A stretch of 64,000 nucleotides of DNA from assembly GCA_964568665.1 (NCBI GenBank), contig CAZMPY010000005.1:196330-260329 (forward strand), written 5' to 3'. How positions within the stretch are numbered: the first letter of the stretch is position 1; each line of letters opens with the position of its first letter. Origin of the DNA: an uncultured Thermoplasmata archaeon (GTDB lineage: Archaea; Thermoplasmatota; Thermoplasmata; UBA10834). Positions 47,995-57,700 of the stretch are shown here, in pieces. Under the pieces are notes generated by a model. That model ran no database searches, had not been told where the DNA came from, and saw nothing but the letters and a program-made list of their open reading frames with translations. Both the position numbers and the translations under genes were made by a program.

Positions 47995-49761
47995 ATGCGC
48001 ATAGCCGTACTACTCAAGGACCGCTGCCAGCCGAAGCGGTGCGGCCTCGAGTGCATACACTACTGCCCGCCCGTCAGGACCGGGGTCGAGACCATCGCCA
48101 TGGGCGATGCGGGCAAGCCGGTCATATCCGAGGAGCTGTGCGTCGGATGCGGGATATGCATCCACAAGTGCCCCTTCGAAGCCATCAAGATCATCGGCCT
48201 CCCGAAGGAGCTCGAAGGGGAGATGGTCCACCAGTACGGCAAGAACTCCTTCAGGCTCTACAGGCTGCCCGTGCTCAGACAAGGGCAGGTCGTCGGCCTG
48301 CTCGGGCCGAACGGCATCGGCAAGACCACGACGATATCCATACTCTCGGGGCAGGTCGTGCCGAACCTGGGCGACTTCGGGCACAAGGCCTCGTGGGACA
48401 AGGTGCTGGAGAAGTACGCAGGCACGGAGATGCACGAGTTCTTCTCGCGGCTCGCAGACGGGAAGGTCAGGACCGCGCTCAAGCCGCAGTACGTCGACAA
48501 GCTCCCGGCCGTCCACAAGGGGACCGTCAAGGAGCTCCTCGCGAAGATCGATTCTGGCCCGCGGCTGGGCGAGGTCGCGGAGCAGCTGACCGTCTCGAAC
48601 GTGCTCGCCAGGGACATCTCCAAGCTGTCCGGGGGCGAGCTCCAGAGGGTGGCGATCGCGGCGACCCTGCTCCGGGACGCTGACGTCTACTTCTTCGACG
48701 AGCCGTCGTCGTACCTGGACATATACCAGCGGCTGAAGATAGCCAGGATAATCCAGGACCTGAGCGAGAAAAGGCAGGTCGTCGTGATCGAGCACGACCT
48801 CGCCATCATGGACTTCCTCGCGGACCTGGTGCACATCATGTACGGCTCCGAGGGGGCGTACGGCGTCATGGCGCAGCCGAGGCCGGTCAGGACCGCCATC
48901 AACGCGTACCTCGAGGGCTACATCAGGGAGGAGAACATCAGGATCAGGGACACTGCGATCAAGTTCGAGCGCCGGCCGCCCAGGTCGGACTGGCAGTCCG
49001 GGACGCTCGTAGGGTTCTCGCGCTTGACGAAGCGCTTCAAGACGTTCCACATGCAGGTCGCCGAGGGGGCCATCAAGAAGGGCGAGGTCGTCGGCGCGGT
49101 CGGGCCGAACGCGACCGGCAAGACCACATTCGTGAAGATACTGGCATCTGAGATCGAACCCACCTCGGGAGATGTGCTCGGGGAGGTGGCCGTCAGCTAC
49201 AAGCCGCAGTACATCAAGCCCGAGTTCGACGGCTCGGTCAGGGAGATGCTCACCGCGAGCATAGGCAAGGATCTCGAGGCGGGGTTCTTCCAGGTGGAGA
49301 TCGCGACCCCGCTGGGGCTCAAGTACCTGCTGGACAAGGACGTCCAGACGCTATCCGGCGGGGAGCTGCAGCGGGTCGCCATCGCGGAGTGCCTGGGCAA
49401 GACCGCGGACATCTACCTCCTGGACGAGCCGTCCGCGTACCTCGACTCCGCCCAGAGGATGGCCGCGGCCAAGACCATCCGGAGGGTCATCGAGAAGCTC
49501 GGCAAGTCCGCGGTCGTCGTCGACCACGACGTGTACATGATCGACCTCATCTCCGACTCGATCATGGTCTTCACGGGCGTGCCATCGGAAAGCGGGAAGG
49601 GCGAGGGGCCGATGGATATGCGGGACGGCATGAACCGCTTCCTGAAGGATGTGGACATCACGTTCAGAAGGGACCAGGACTCGGACAGGCCTAGGATCAA
49701 CAAGAAGGATTCGAGGCTCGACCGGGAGCAGAAGTCGAAGGGCGAGTACTACTACAGCTGA
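47995..49761 (+). CDS. rli: Ribosome recycling ATPase ABCE1/RLI
   Basis: N-terminal Fe-S (CQPKRC..C...C; CVGCGIC..KCPF); two ABC domains with LSGGELQR. Confidence 0.97.
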   Translation: MRIAVLLKDRCQPKRCGLECIHYCPPVRTGVETIAMGDAGKPVISEELCVGCGICIHKCPFEAIKIIGLPKELEGEMVHQYGKNSFRLYRLPVLRQGQVVGLLGPNGIGKTTTISILSGQVVPNLGDFGHKASWDKVLEKYAGTEMHEFFSRLADGKVRTALKPQYVDKLPAVHKGTVKELLAKIDSGPRLGEVAEQLTVSNVLARDISKLSGGELQRVAIAATLLRDADVYFFDEPSSYLDIYQRLKIARIIQDLSEKRQVVVIEHDLAIMDFLADLVHIMYGSEGAYGVMAQPRPVRTAINAYLEGYIREENIRIRDTAIKFERRPPRSDWQSGTLVGFSRLTKRFKTFHMQVAEGAIKKGEVVGAVGPNATGKTTFVKILASEIEPTSGDVLGEVAVSYKPQYIKPEFDGSVREMLTASIGKDLEAGFFQVEIATPLGLKYLLDKDVQTLSGGELQRVAIAECLGKTADIYLLDEPSAYLDSAQRMAAAKTIRRVIEKLGKSAVVVDHDVYMIDLISDSIMVFTGVPSESGKGEGPMDMRDGMNRFLKDVDITFRRDQDSDRPRINKKDSRLDREQKSKGEYYYS

Positions 49762-50408
49762 ACGCTGCCTTTGGCCACCCGCCCGTTCTTCCTGACGCGG
49801 TACGCGTACCAGACGATTATCACGACAACCGCCCCGACCACGACGATGTCGAGCTGCCGGAACACCCCCTCGAAGTCCCTCCAACTGGGGCCGAGGCTGT
49901 AGCCGATGTATCCCAGCAGGAGGGTCCATGGCACAGAGCCCACGAAGCTGTACGCCAGGAACCTCGGGAACCTCATCTTCGCGATGCCTGCGGGCAGGGA
50001 TATCACCGTCCGGATGATCGGAAGGAGCCTGCTCACGAAGGTCGCGGCGTCGCCGTACTTCGCGAACCACTTCTCGGCGGTCACCATGTGCTTCTCGCGG
50101 ATCAGCACGTACTTCCCGTACTTGGCTATGAAGGGCCTGCCCATGCGGTAGCCCACGGCATAGGCCACGACCGAGCCGATGCTGCACCCGACTGCGCCTG
50201 CGACCGTGATACCCAGGAGCGTCATCGCGACCCCGTCGTATCCAGGCAGCGCGGACTGGTAGACGAGGTAGCCCGCGAACGGCATGACGATCTCGCTCGG
50301 GACCGGCATGCAGGCGCTCTCCAGGGCCATGAGTAGGATGATGGCTAGGTAGCCGTAGTTGGCGATCCAGTCAATGATGAGGTTTACGCCCCATTCGACC
50401 AGGCTCAT
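49752..50408 (-). CDS. DedA family membrane protein
   Basis: LESACMPVPSE, FVSRLLPIIRTVISLPAG. Confidence 0.92.
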   Translation of the reverse strand: MSLVEWGVNLIIDWIANYGYLAIILLMALESACMPVPSEIVMPFAGYLVYQSALPGYDGVAMTLLGITVAGAVGCSIGSVVAYAVGYRMGRPFIAKYGKYVLIREKHMVTAEKWFAKYGDAATFVSRLLPIIRTVISLPAGIAKMRFPRFLAYSFVGSVPWTLLLGYIGYSLGPSWRDFEGVFRQLDIVVVGAVVVIIVWYAYRVRKNGRVAKGSVQL

Positions 50409-50502
50409 CGGGGCCCAATAACGGTCCATGCGATAAAAAGGATTGGTCGCACGCGCGCACGGCCTGGAAGGTTCTTGTACCTCCCGGGCGTTTCACAGCA
50501 GG

Positions 50503-51393
50503 ATGAACGCGGCGAGGGTCCTGGAGAGCTACAGCGCCATGATGGTGCTCGGGCTCGTCCTGGGCCTGCTCCTCGGAGGGTTCCCGGTCCTCACGAAGGA
50601 GGTCTCGATGGCGTCGCTGGCGCTCCTGATGACGCTCTCCCTGACGAACGTCCGGTTCGCCGAGACCAGGGGGAGGGAGCATCGGAAGGACGCGCTCCTC
50701 GCCCTTGCACTGAACTACGGACTGCTCACCGCAGTCATCCTGGCGTGCGGGAGCCTGTTCTCCGAGAAGCTCTGGTGGGGCTGGGTCCTCATGGCAGCGG
50801 CCCCGTCGGCCATATCCATCGTGCCCTTCACGACCGTCCTCGGGGGAAGGACCTCGAAGGCGCTGTTCGCGACCGCGGTGAACTACCTCGCGGCGCTCGG
50901 GCTCATGCCGCTCATGACCCTGCTCCTGATAGGCTCTGCGGTCTCCGTGACGAGCCTCATCACGTCGCTGGCCCTCCTGATAGCCCTGCCCATGGGGCTC
51001 TCGAGGCTGGTCATGAGGGTCAAACTCGAGAAGCGGACGACCACCATCGCGATGAACCTGTCCTTCGCCGTGCTCATATTCGCCGTCGCGGGGTCGAACA
51101 GGGATGCGTTCTTCGGAGACCCACTCATGGTCGCCGCGATCTCCGCGGTATGCCTCATCCGGACATTCGGGACCGGGCTGGGGACCGAGCTGGTACTGAG
51201 AAAGGCCGGCGTGCCCCGGGAGGAACGGGTGTCGAGCATGCTGTTCGCGAGCTACAAGAACCTCGGGCTCACGGCGACGATCGCCATCGCGCTGTTCGAC
51301 CCGATGGTAGCCGTGCCGGCCACCATCTGCATCCTGTTCGAGGTAGTCTGGATAGTCTCGGTCCTCAGGTTCTACCCGCGCGGGTCCGGATGA
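50503..51393 (+). CDS. Bile acid:sodium symporter-like transporter
   Basis: About 10 TM segments; AAAPSA, SYKNLGL motifs. Confidence 0.8.
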   Translation: MNAARVLESYSAMMVLGLVLGLLLGGFPVLTKEVSMASLALLMTLSLTNVRFAETRGREHRKDALLALALNYGLLTAVILACGSLFSEKLWWGWVLMAAAPSAISIVPFTTVLGGRTSKALFATAVNYLAALGLMPLMTLLLIGSAVSVTSLITSLALLIALPMGLSRLVMRVKLEKRTTTIAMNLSFAVLIFAVAGSNRDAFFGDPLMVAAISAVCLIRTFGTGLGTELVLRKAGVPREERVSSMLFASYKNLGLTATIAIALFDPMVAVPATICILFEVVWIVSVLRFYPRGSG

Positions 51394-51886
51394 GCCGGAG
51401 GTCTGCCATCCACCGCCTAACCCTCGCCCCGACGTCCCTCACGAAGCACTGGAAGCTCGCGTTGCCGGTCTCCGCGCGCCACCTTGAGAAGCTCACGAAC
51501 ACGATGCCTGCGGTCGTCCCGACCAGGAGCGTGGACTCTATCCAGATCGAATACCCCAGCGCCGCGTTCTGGAGCTCGTCCAGCCCGACATGCACCGCCC
51601 AGAACGTGAGCGGGAGCAGGTACCTCCATCCCACCGCCAGAGGTGCGACGATCGCCGCGCCGACGGGGTAGTGCAGCAGGGACTTCCACGGCAGCCCGGA
51701 TGCGTCGTCCCAGGTCGACCTGAAGATTGCCTCCCAACCGTTGTCGCGGACATACCTGGGGAGCGCGAACAGATGGTCTGCGTCTATCAGCACGCCGAAC
51801 GTGATCGCGATGAACCACTCGTCGCGGTTGAGGGTCATCAGCATGCCGATGAGGACGACCACCATCACATGAGTCGGGGTCAGCAA
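51365..51886 (-). CDS. Membrane protein, YdjM/DUF6122-like (putative metal-dependent hydrolase)
   Basis: TPTH, GVLIDADH, SLLH, VHVGLD; TTG start after GAGGTAG. Confidence 0.7.
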   Translation of the reverse strand: MLTPTHVMVVVLIGMLMTLNRDEWFIAITFGVLIDADHLFALPRYVRDNGWEAIFRSTWDDASGLPWKSLLHYPVGAAIVAPLAVGWRYLLPLTFWAVHVGLDELQNAALGYSIWIESTLLVGTTAGIVFVSFSRWRAETGNASFQCFVRDVGARVRRWMADLRLIRTRAGRT

Positions 51887-52054
51887 AGCACTACCTCGCG
51901 GTTCACCAGGTCTTCCCATCATGTAAGCCCATATGTCAGATTCTAACTTTCCCCCAGGGACCGTGTTATTAACGCCATTACGATGAGAACCCGCACTTAA
52001 TAAGGGCAGCGAAAATCTTATTAAACGAGCATCAGTTGAGCGGCCGGTCGATTC

Positions 52055-52750
52055 ATGGCGCACATTCACCTCGAGGACGGCGCGTTCTCACCCCTGTGGG
52101 TCATAGTATGGTCCCTGCTCGCCGCGGGGGCCATGACCGTCGTCCTCTACACGCTGAGAGGCGGGAAGATGTCCCCCAGGAAGCTCGCGATCGCAGCCAT
52201 GTGCACATCCGTCGGCTTCGCGGTCTTCCAGGTGAGCATACCGATCTTCGGCGGGATCCACCTCAACCTGACCCCCCTGATAGGGATACTCGCAGGACCG
52301 GCGCTCGGGAGCATCTCGGTCCTGGCGATCAACGTGTTCAGCGCGGCCGTGGGCCACGGCGGCTGGGGGATGATCGGCCCGAACACGCTCGTGAACATGG
52401 TCGAGGTCATCCTCGGATACTACGGCTACCGCCTCATCAGGGCGAGGATGCGGATGGACAGGTTCACGGCAGGGGCTGCCGCAGCCACTCTGGCTCTGAC
52501 CGTGAGCGCGCTCATGATCGTCGGGATCGTGGTGGTCTCGGGCCTGCAGGACTCCGAGAACACGGCACAGGAGACGCTCAGGAACATGCTCCTGCTGGCA
52601 GGCGTGAACATCGCGGTCGGCGTGGTCGAAGGGTTCGTCACAGGTTACATCGTGTCTTTCATCGGAAGGATCCGCCCGGACCTCCTCGCGGACGCGGAGA
52701 GGGGGGCGGCCAAGGGCAACCCAGCGGCGGAGGCTCGGCCAGATGCCTGA
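52055..52750 (+). CDS. cbiM: ECF Co/Ni transporter substrate component (CbiM/NikM family)
   Basis: AHIHLEDG, GGIHL, GILAGP, GHGGWGMIGPN. Confidence 0.85.
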   Translation: MAHIHLEDGAFSPLWVIVWSLLAAGAMTVVLYTLRGGKMSPRKLAIAAMCTSVGFAVFQVSIPIFGGIHLNLTPLIGILAGPALGSISVLAINVFSAAVGHGGWGMIGPNTLVNMVEVILGYYGYRLIRARMRMDRFTAGAAAATLALTVSALMIVGIVVVSGLQDSENTAQETLRNMLLLAGVNIAVGVVEGFVTGYIVSFIGRIRPDLLADAERGAAKGNPAAEARPDA

Positions 52751-53024
52751 GGAGATGTCCCGGGGGAGGCTTGCGATATACGTCCTGATGGCCGCCGCCG
52801 CGGTGCTGGGCGTGCTCGCCGTCGTGGTCACAGGCAACATGAGCATGGAGGACAGGTACGCCAACGCCACAGGCGCCAACACGACGGGAGAGGAAGAGGG
52901 CGGAGGGTTCCTGGGGTTCTCGCTCGAGGCGGAGCTGGTAGGGTTCGTGGTCATCTGCGCCGTGCTCGCAGTCGTCTCCGTCCTGGCGCTGAGACAGCTC
53001 AGACGGAAGGAAGGGGAGGGATGA
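52743..53024 (+). CDS. Small 2-TM accessory component (CbiN/NikN-like)
   Basis: Two hydrophobic helices with an acidic loop; lies between cbiM and cbiQ. Confidence 0.7.
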   Translation: MPEEMSRGRLAIYVLMAAAAVLGVLAVVVTGNMSMEDRYANATGANTTGEEEGGGFLGFSLEAELVGFVVICAVLAVVSVLALRQLRRKEGEG

Positions 53025-53036
53025 AGGTGGGTCCGG

Positions 53037-53867
53037 ATGTCGACTAGGTCCTACTCGAAGCATGTGCCCGACTTCAGGCTCGTGACGCACTATGCGGAGT
53101 CCGGGAGGAGCGCGGTCCACGCGATGAACCCCTGGACGAAGGCGGTCCTCCTCGCGCTCGTGGTCGCGTTCGCCACCGTGCTGGTCGACATCTACCTGCT
53201 GGCCATGATGTTCGCGCTGACGATCCTGTTCTACGCGGCCGGGCGGCTGCCGATCAGGGTCCTGATCGGCTGGTATGCGCTCCCTGTGTCGTTCGTGGTC
53301 ACCCTCGCCATCATGTTCGTGTTCACCGAACCAGGCAACGAGGTCGCGGGCCTCGACCTGGGCTGGTTCCGGATCGCGGTGACGGACCACGGGCTGGAGC
53401 TGCTGATCAAGCTGCTGCTCCGTGCGCTGGCAGTCGTCACGTTCTCGCTCACGGTCTTCATGACCACGCGCTACAGCCATGTGGCGCACATGGCCCACAG
53501 GGTCCTGCCCGGCCCCATCGCGACCGTGTTCCTCCTGTCCTACAGGTTCATGTATGTCTCCTCGGACGAGGTCACCGACGTCGTGGACGCCATGAACACC
53601 AGGAGCGGGAGCCTGGCAAGGGGCATCGTCAGGCAGACCCGCATGTACGCGGGAATCTTCGGAATATCCTTCGTGCACGCTTTCGAGAGGGCCGAGGACA
53701 TCGCGAAGGCCATGGAGTCCCGGGGGTTCACCGGCCAGTTCCCGGTGTCGGAGCACATCCCCGGTCCCACGTGGCGCGGATACGCCCTCATCACGCTCGT
53801 GCTGGTCTGCCTGGGCGTAGTCACATATTCAAGATACTTCGACCCACAGTTGATAGGATGGTGGTAG
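53037..53867 (+). CDS. cbiQ: ECF transmembrane T component (CbiQ family)
   Basis: VHAMNPWTK, SYRF, AMNTR, AMESRGF. Confidence 0.88.
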   Translation: MSTRSYSKHVPDFRLVTHYAESGRSAVHAMNPWTKAVLLALVVAFATVLVDIYLLAMMFALTILFYAAGRLPIRVLIGWYALPVSFVVTLAIMFVFTEPGNEVAGLDLGWFRIAVTDHGLELLIKLLLRALAVVTFSLTVFMTTRYSHVAHMAHRVLPGPIATVFLLSYRFMYVSSDEVTDVVDAMNTRSGSLARGIVRQTRMYAGIFGISFVHAFERAEDIAKAMESRGFTGQFPVSEHIPGPTWRGYALITLVLVCLGVVTYSRYFDPQLIGWW

Positions 53868-53870
53868 GCC

Positions 53871-54740
53871 ATGACGGTTGCGTCCGCAGATTGTGATGTG
53901 TGTGGCAAGGGCGGAGAACAGGCGATAGTCCACGTGGACTGCGTGTCCCACAGGTACCCGGACGGCACCCAGGGGATACACAACATGTGCTTCAGGGTCT
54001 ACCCGAGGGAGATAGTCGCCCTGTGCGGCCCCAACGGCGCCGGCAAGTCTACCCTCATCGAGCACATCAACGGACTCATGGTCCCCGACGTGGGCAGGGT
54101 CCGCATCTTCGGGACCGAGATGGACAAGAAGAACGTCGCATCGATCCGGAAGATGGTCGGGCTGGTGTTCCAGAAGGCCGATTCTCAACTGTTCTCGCCG
54201 ACCGTGCTCGAGGATGTCATGTTCGGCCCGCTCAACCTGGGCATGTCCGAGAAGGATGCGAGGGAGCGGGCGCTCTGGGCGCTGGACATCGTAGGGATGA
54301 AGGAGACGGGCAAGATACCGCACTACCTGAGCGGCGGCCAGAAGAGGCTAGTGGCCATCGCGGGCGTGCTGGCAATGAGCCCGAAGATACTCGTGGCGGA
54401 CGAGCCCACGGGCGACCTCGACCCGTCGAACGCGCGGAGGATCGAGGAGCTGCTCCGCATGCTCAGGGACAAGCACGGCATCAGCGTGGTCGTCGCGCTG
54501 CACGACCTGGACATGGCCGCGAGGCTCGCGGACCGCATATGCATAGTCAAGGGCGGCAGCGTCCTCGCCGAGGGGAAGCCCGCGGACATACTCTACGACG
54601 AGGCGCTCCTCGGATCTGCCGGGCTGGAGCCTCCGACTGTCGCGAAGCTGTTCATGCGCCTGGGGCTCGGCAAGGTCTACGACACGAGACCGCTCAGCAT
54701 AGAGGAGCTCCTGCCGATGGTCAAGGCGGCCAGGGCCTGA
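53871..54740 (+). CDS. cbiO: ECF ATPase (CbiO family)
   Basis: GPNGAGKST, GLVFQ..DSQLF..TV..DVMFGP, LSGGQKR, DEPT. Confidence 0.9.
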   Translation: MTVASADCDVCGKGGEQAIVHVDCVSHRYPDGTQGIHNMCFRVYPREIVALCGPNGAGKSTLIEHINGLMVPDVGRVRIFGTEMDKKNVASIRKMVGLVFQKADSQLFSPTVLEDVMFGPLNLGMSEKDARERALWALDIVGMKETGKIPHYLSGGQKRLVAIAGVLAMSPKILVADEPTGDLDPSNARRIEELLRMLRDKHGISVVVALHDLDMAARLADRICIVKGGSVLAEGKPADILYDEALLGSAGLEPPTVAKLFMRLGLGKVYDTRPLSIEELLPMVKAARA

Positions 54741-54797
54741 GCTGCCTGAAGGAATGAAAAGAAGAGGGTTGAAAAGGGTTTCCTCGTCCGCCTGACC

Positions 54798-57700
54798 TCA
54801 GAGTTCTTCGTCCTCTGGGGGCGCTGGCGGCACGTCCTCCACATCCTCGTCCTCATCGACCTTCGACGGGGTCCGGCCCTTGCCCTTCCCCATCGTGAGG
54901 AGCACGACGCCTGCGACCACGACGACGGCGACGACCACGAGCAGCCACCAGTAGTTCTCGATGAAGGTCTTGGACGACTCCTGGACCGTTATCTCGACGG
55001 TGTCCGTGTCGGAGAGGTCGTCGGCGTCGGTCACGGTCAGCGTGACCGTGTAGGTGCCTGCGACATCGAACACGAAGGTCGGCGCGGCGCCGTACAGCGT
55101 CACTGTCGAGCCGTCGTATGTGAAGGTCCAGGTGTAGTTCGTCACCTCGACATCGTCGGTCGATCCCGCTCCGTCGAAGGTCACGGTGCCGCCCGCGCTC
55201 GCCGTCTGGTCGATACCAGCGTCAGCCAAGGGCGCCTCGTTGGACGCAGCCACTCTGACCGTCACCGTGTCGATGTCGGTTTGGCCTTCAGCGTCCGTGA
55301 CGGTCAGCGTGACTACGAACTCACCTTCGTTGAGGAACTCGTAGTCCGGGGTCTCGCCAGTGAGCTCCTGGTCCGTCACGTCGGTGAATGTCCAGGTGTA
55401 ATCGACGATATCGACGTCGTCACTCGAGCCAGAGCCGTCGAAGGTGTGTGTATCGCCGGCCGTGATCTCAGCATCCTCGCCCGCATCGGCCACCGGAGGC
55501 TCTGTGTGCACCACAGTCACTGTCATCGTGTCCGTCGCCCAGTTGCCGTCGGAGTCCGTCACGTTCAGCGTGACGACGCACTCGCCCAGCGCTTCGAAGA
55601 CATGGTACGGGGTCGGGCCGGTGAGTGTGACCTCGCCAGTGCCGTCGTCGAACGTCCAGACATAGTCCGCAATCACGCCGTTGTCCGTCGAGCTAGTGCC
55701 GTCGAAGGTCACGTTCGCGTTCGCGCTGACCGTCTGGTCGGCGCCCGCGTCCGCGATCGGGTCGGTCGTGTCCGTCACGGTGACGACCATGACATCCGCC
55801 GGGTCCGACGCCTGGCCGATCGTGTCATTCACGGTCAGCCAGACCTGGTACGTCCCCGGTTCGGTGAAGGTGTACTCCGGGGAGACGCCGTACAGTTCTA
55901 CGTCCTCGGACTCGATGTACCACGTGTAGTTGACTATGTCGACATCGTCCTCGGATGCCGAGCCGTCGAACGTCACAGGGGTGTCTTCGGGGATGGTCTG
56001 GTCCGGTCCCGCGTCCGCCACCGGTGGCACGTCGTCGACGACGGTGACTACCACCGTGTCGGTGTCCGAGTATCCTGCTGCGTCCGTCACGGTCAGGTCG
56101 CAGACGTAGTCGCCGGTCTCGTCTGGCGTGAGGACTATCGTCTCCGTGGAGTACAGCATGACGTCGCCGGTCGGGTCCTCGACGGACCATGAGTAGTCGA
56201 CCACTCCGACGTTGTCCGTCGACCCACTGCCATCCACGGTTACGTCGGTGTTCACCACGGCTTCTGAATCGGCACCGGCATCTGCGACCGGCGGGTCGTT
56301 GTCCACCGTGAAGTTCACGAACACGTAGTCAGCGTGCTGTGCCCAGTCCTCTGCCACGAGGGCGGCCTTACAGCTCCCGCTCGGAACGAGCCCGACATTC
56401 GTCGCCGTCAGCGTGTCGACGTCCATCGGCTCCAGGTAGGGATTCGTCATCGTGATTGGGTTCCACCCGGACGCCTCGCTGAACACCATGACCATCGCCA
56501 TCGGGGCGAATGTGCCAGGGTCGAGGGGCGCGGTCGAGACCAAGGGGCTCGGATCATTGGACACGAAGTACGCCACCGCGCCCGTGGTCCTGTTGAACGT
56601 CATCTGACCAAAGGTGTCCCCGCTCGAGTTCGAGCACATTCCATTGACCGCGTAGTACTGGTTGCCGTCCATCCATGTCTCCCAGTACATCAGGGCCTGG
56701 GTGATGGTCCCATCGTCGAGCGTCAGAATGTTGGGCACGGTGCTGTCCCATGCGAAGTCCACCTCGTACAGGTCGCTCGCCATATGTGAGTAGACTAGGC
56801 TGTCCGTGATGTATCCGTACGGGTCGGTGCTCGCCTGCCGGTGCTCGAGCATGGTGTAATTCGCGAACGACGCGCTGGAGTTGTACTCCTGCAGCGTGAA
56901 CCAAGTGAGCGTCCGCAGGTCCTCCTCGATGACGGTGCCGAACATCGCGGCGGGATTGTACACACTCACGCTCTCGGCCGGGTCGACCGAGAAGTCCACC
57001 ACTGGTCCGACAGTGTCGGAGGCGAGCGGGAGCTGCAGTTCGTAGTCCGTGACCGATGTCGTGTCAATCTGGTCGAACGCGGCCATGTGATCGTTCGCCC
57101 AGGCCGTCACGCGGACGTCCGCGTAGTTCGGGACCCACATCTCGTAGTAGCCAGTCTCGTTCGACATGGTCGTGTTCTCGTAATAGGCGTCCAGTATGGA
57201 GACACGTATGGTCGCCCAAGGCACCGGGGTGAGACCGGATTCCTCCGTGGTGTTGCCCCACAGCAGGCACTCCGCCGGCGGGACATTCGGGATGAGGTCG
57301 ACATCGTGCGTCTCCGTGCCCATCTCGGGGGTCGTCACTGAGGAGGAGTACATCTCATAGTCCGGAGCGTTGACCTGGAACCAGTAATCGCCGTCAGGCA
57401 GGTCGAATGTGTACCAGCCGGAGGCATCTGTGTACGTGCTTTCGTAGGTCGGTCCCCAGACCTCGACGAACGCACCCTCCACGGGTGTGCCGTTGTAGAA
57501 GTTGGTGACCGTCCCCTCCAGGACCGAGTTCACGTACGGCACCAGGGAGATGTTGTACCAGTTCAGGAGGCCCGACGTCAGGTCGACGGTGTCCTCGTAG
57601 TACTTGTAGTCCATGGACCAGACGCTCACGTCGTATGTGCCAGCGACCATGTCCGCGTAGTAGCTCCCATTGGGTGCGGAATTGGTGTACATCTCGAACG

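Noticed and set aside
51890..52054. Cobalamin or nickel riboswitch upstream of cbiM
   Set aside because: No B12-box recognised; the region is short and explained by divergent TATA boxes. A NikR-type site could not be supported.
54798..56320. Repeats in the PKD region as CRISPR or DNA repeat array
   Set aside because: Repeats are degenerate at DNA level and in-frame protein domains; no constant repeat-spacer structure and no cas genes.
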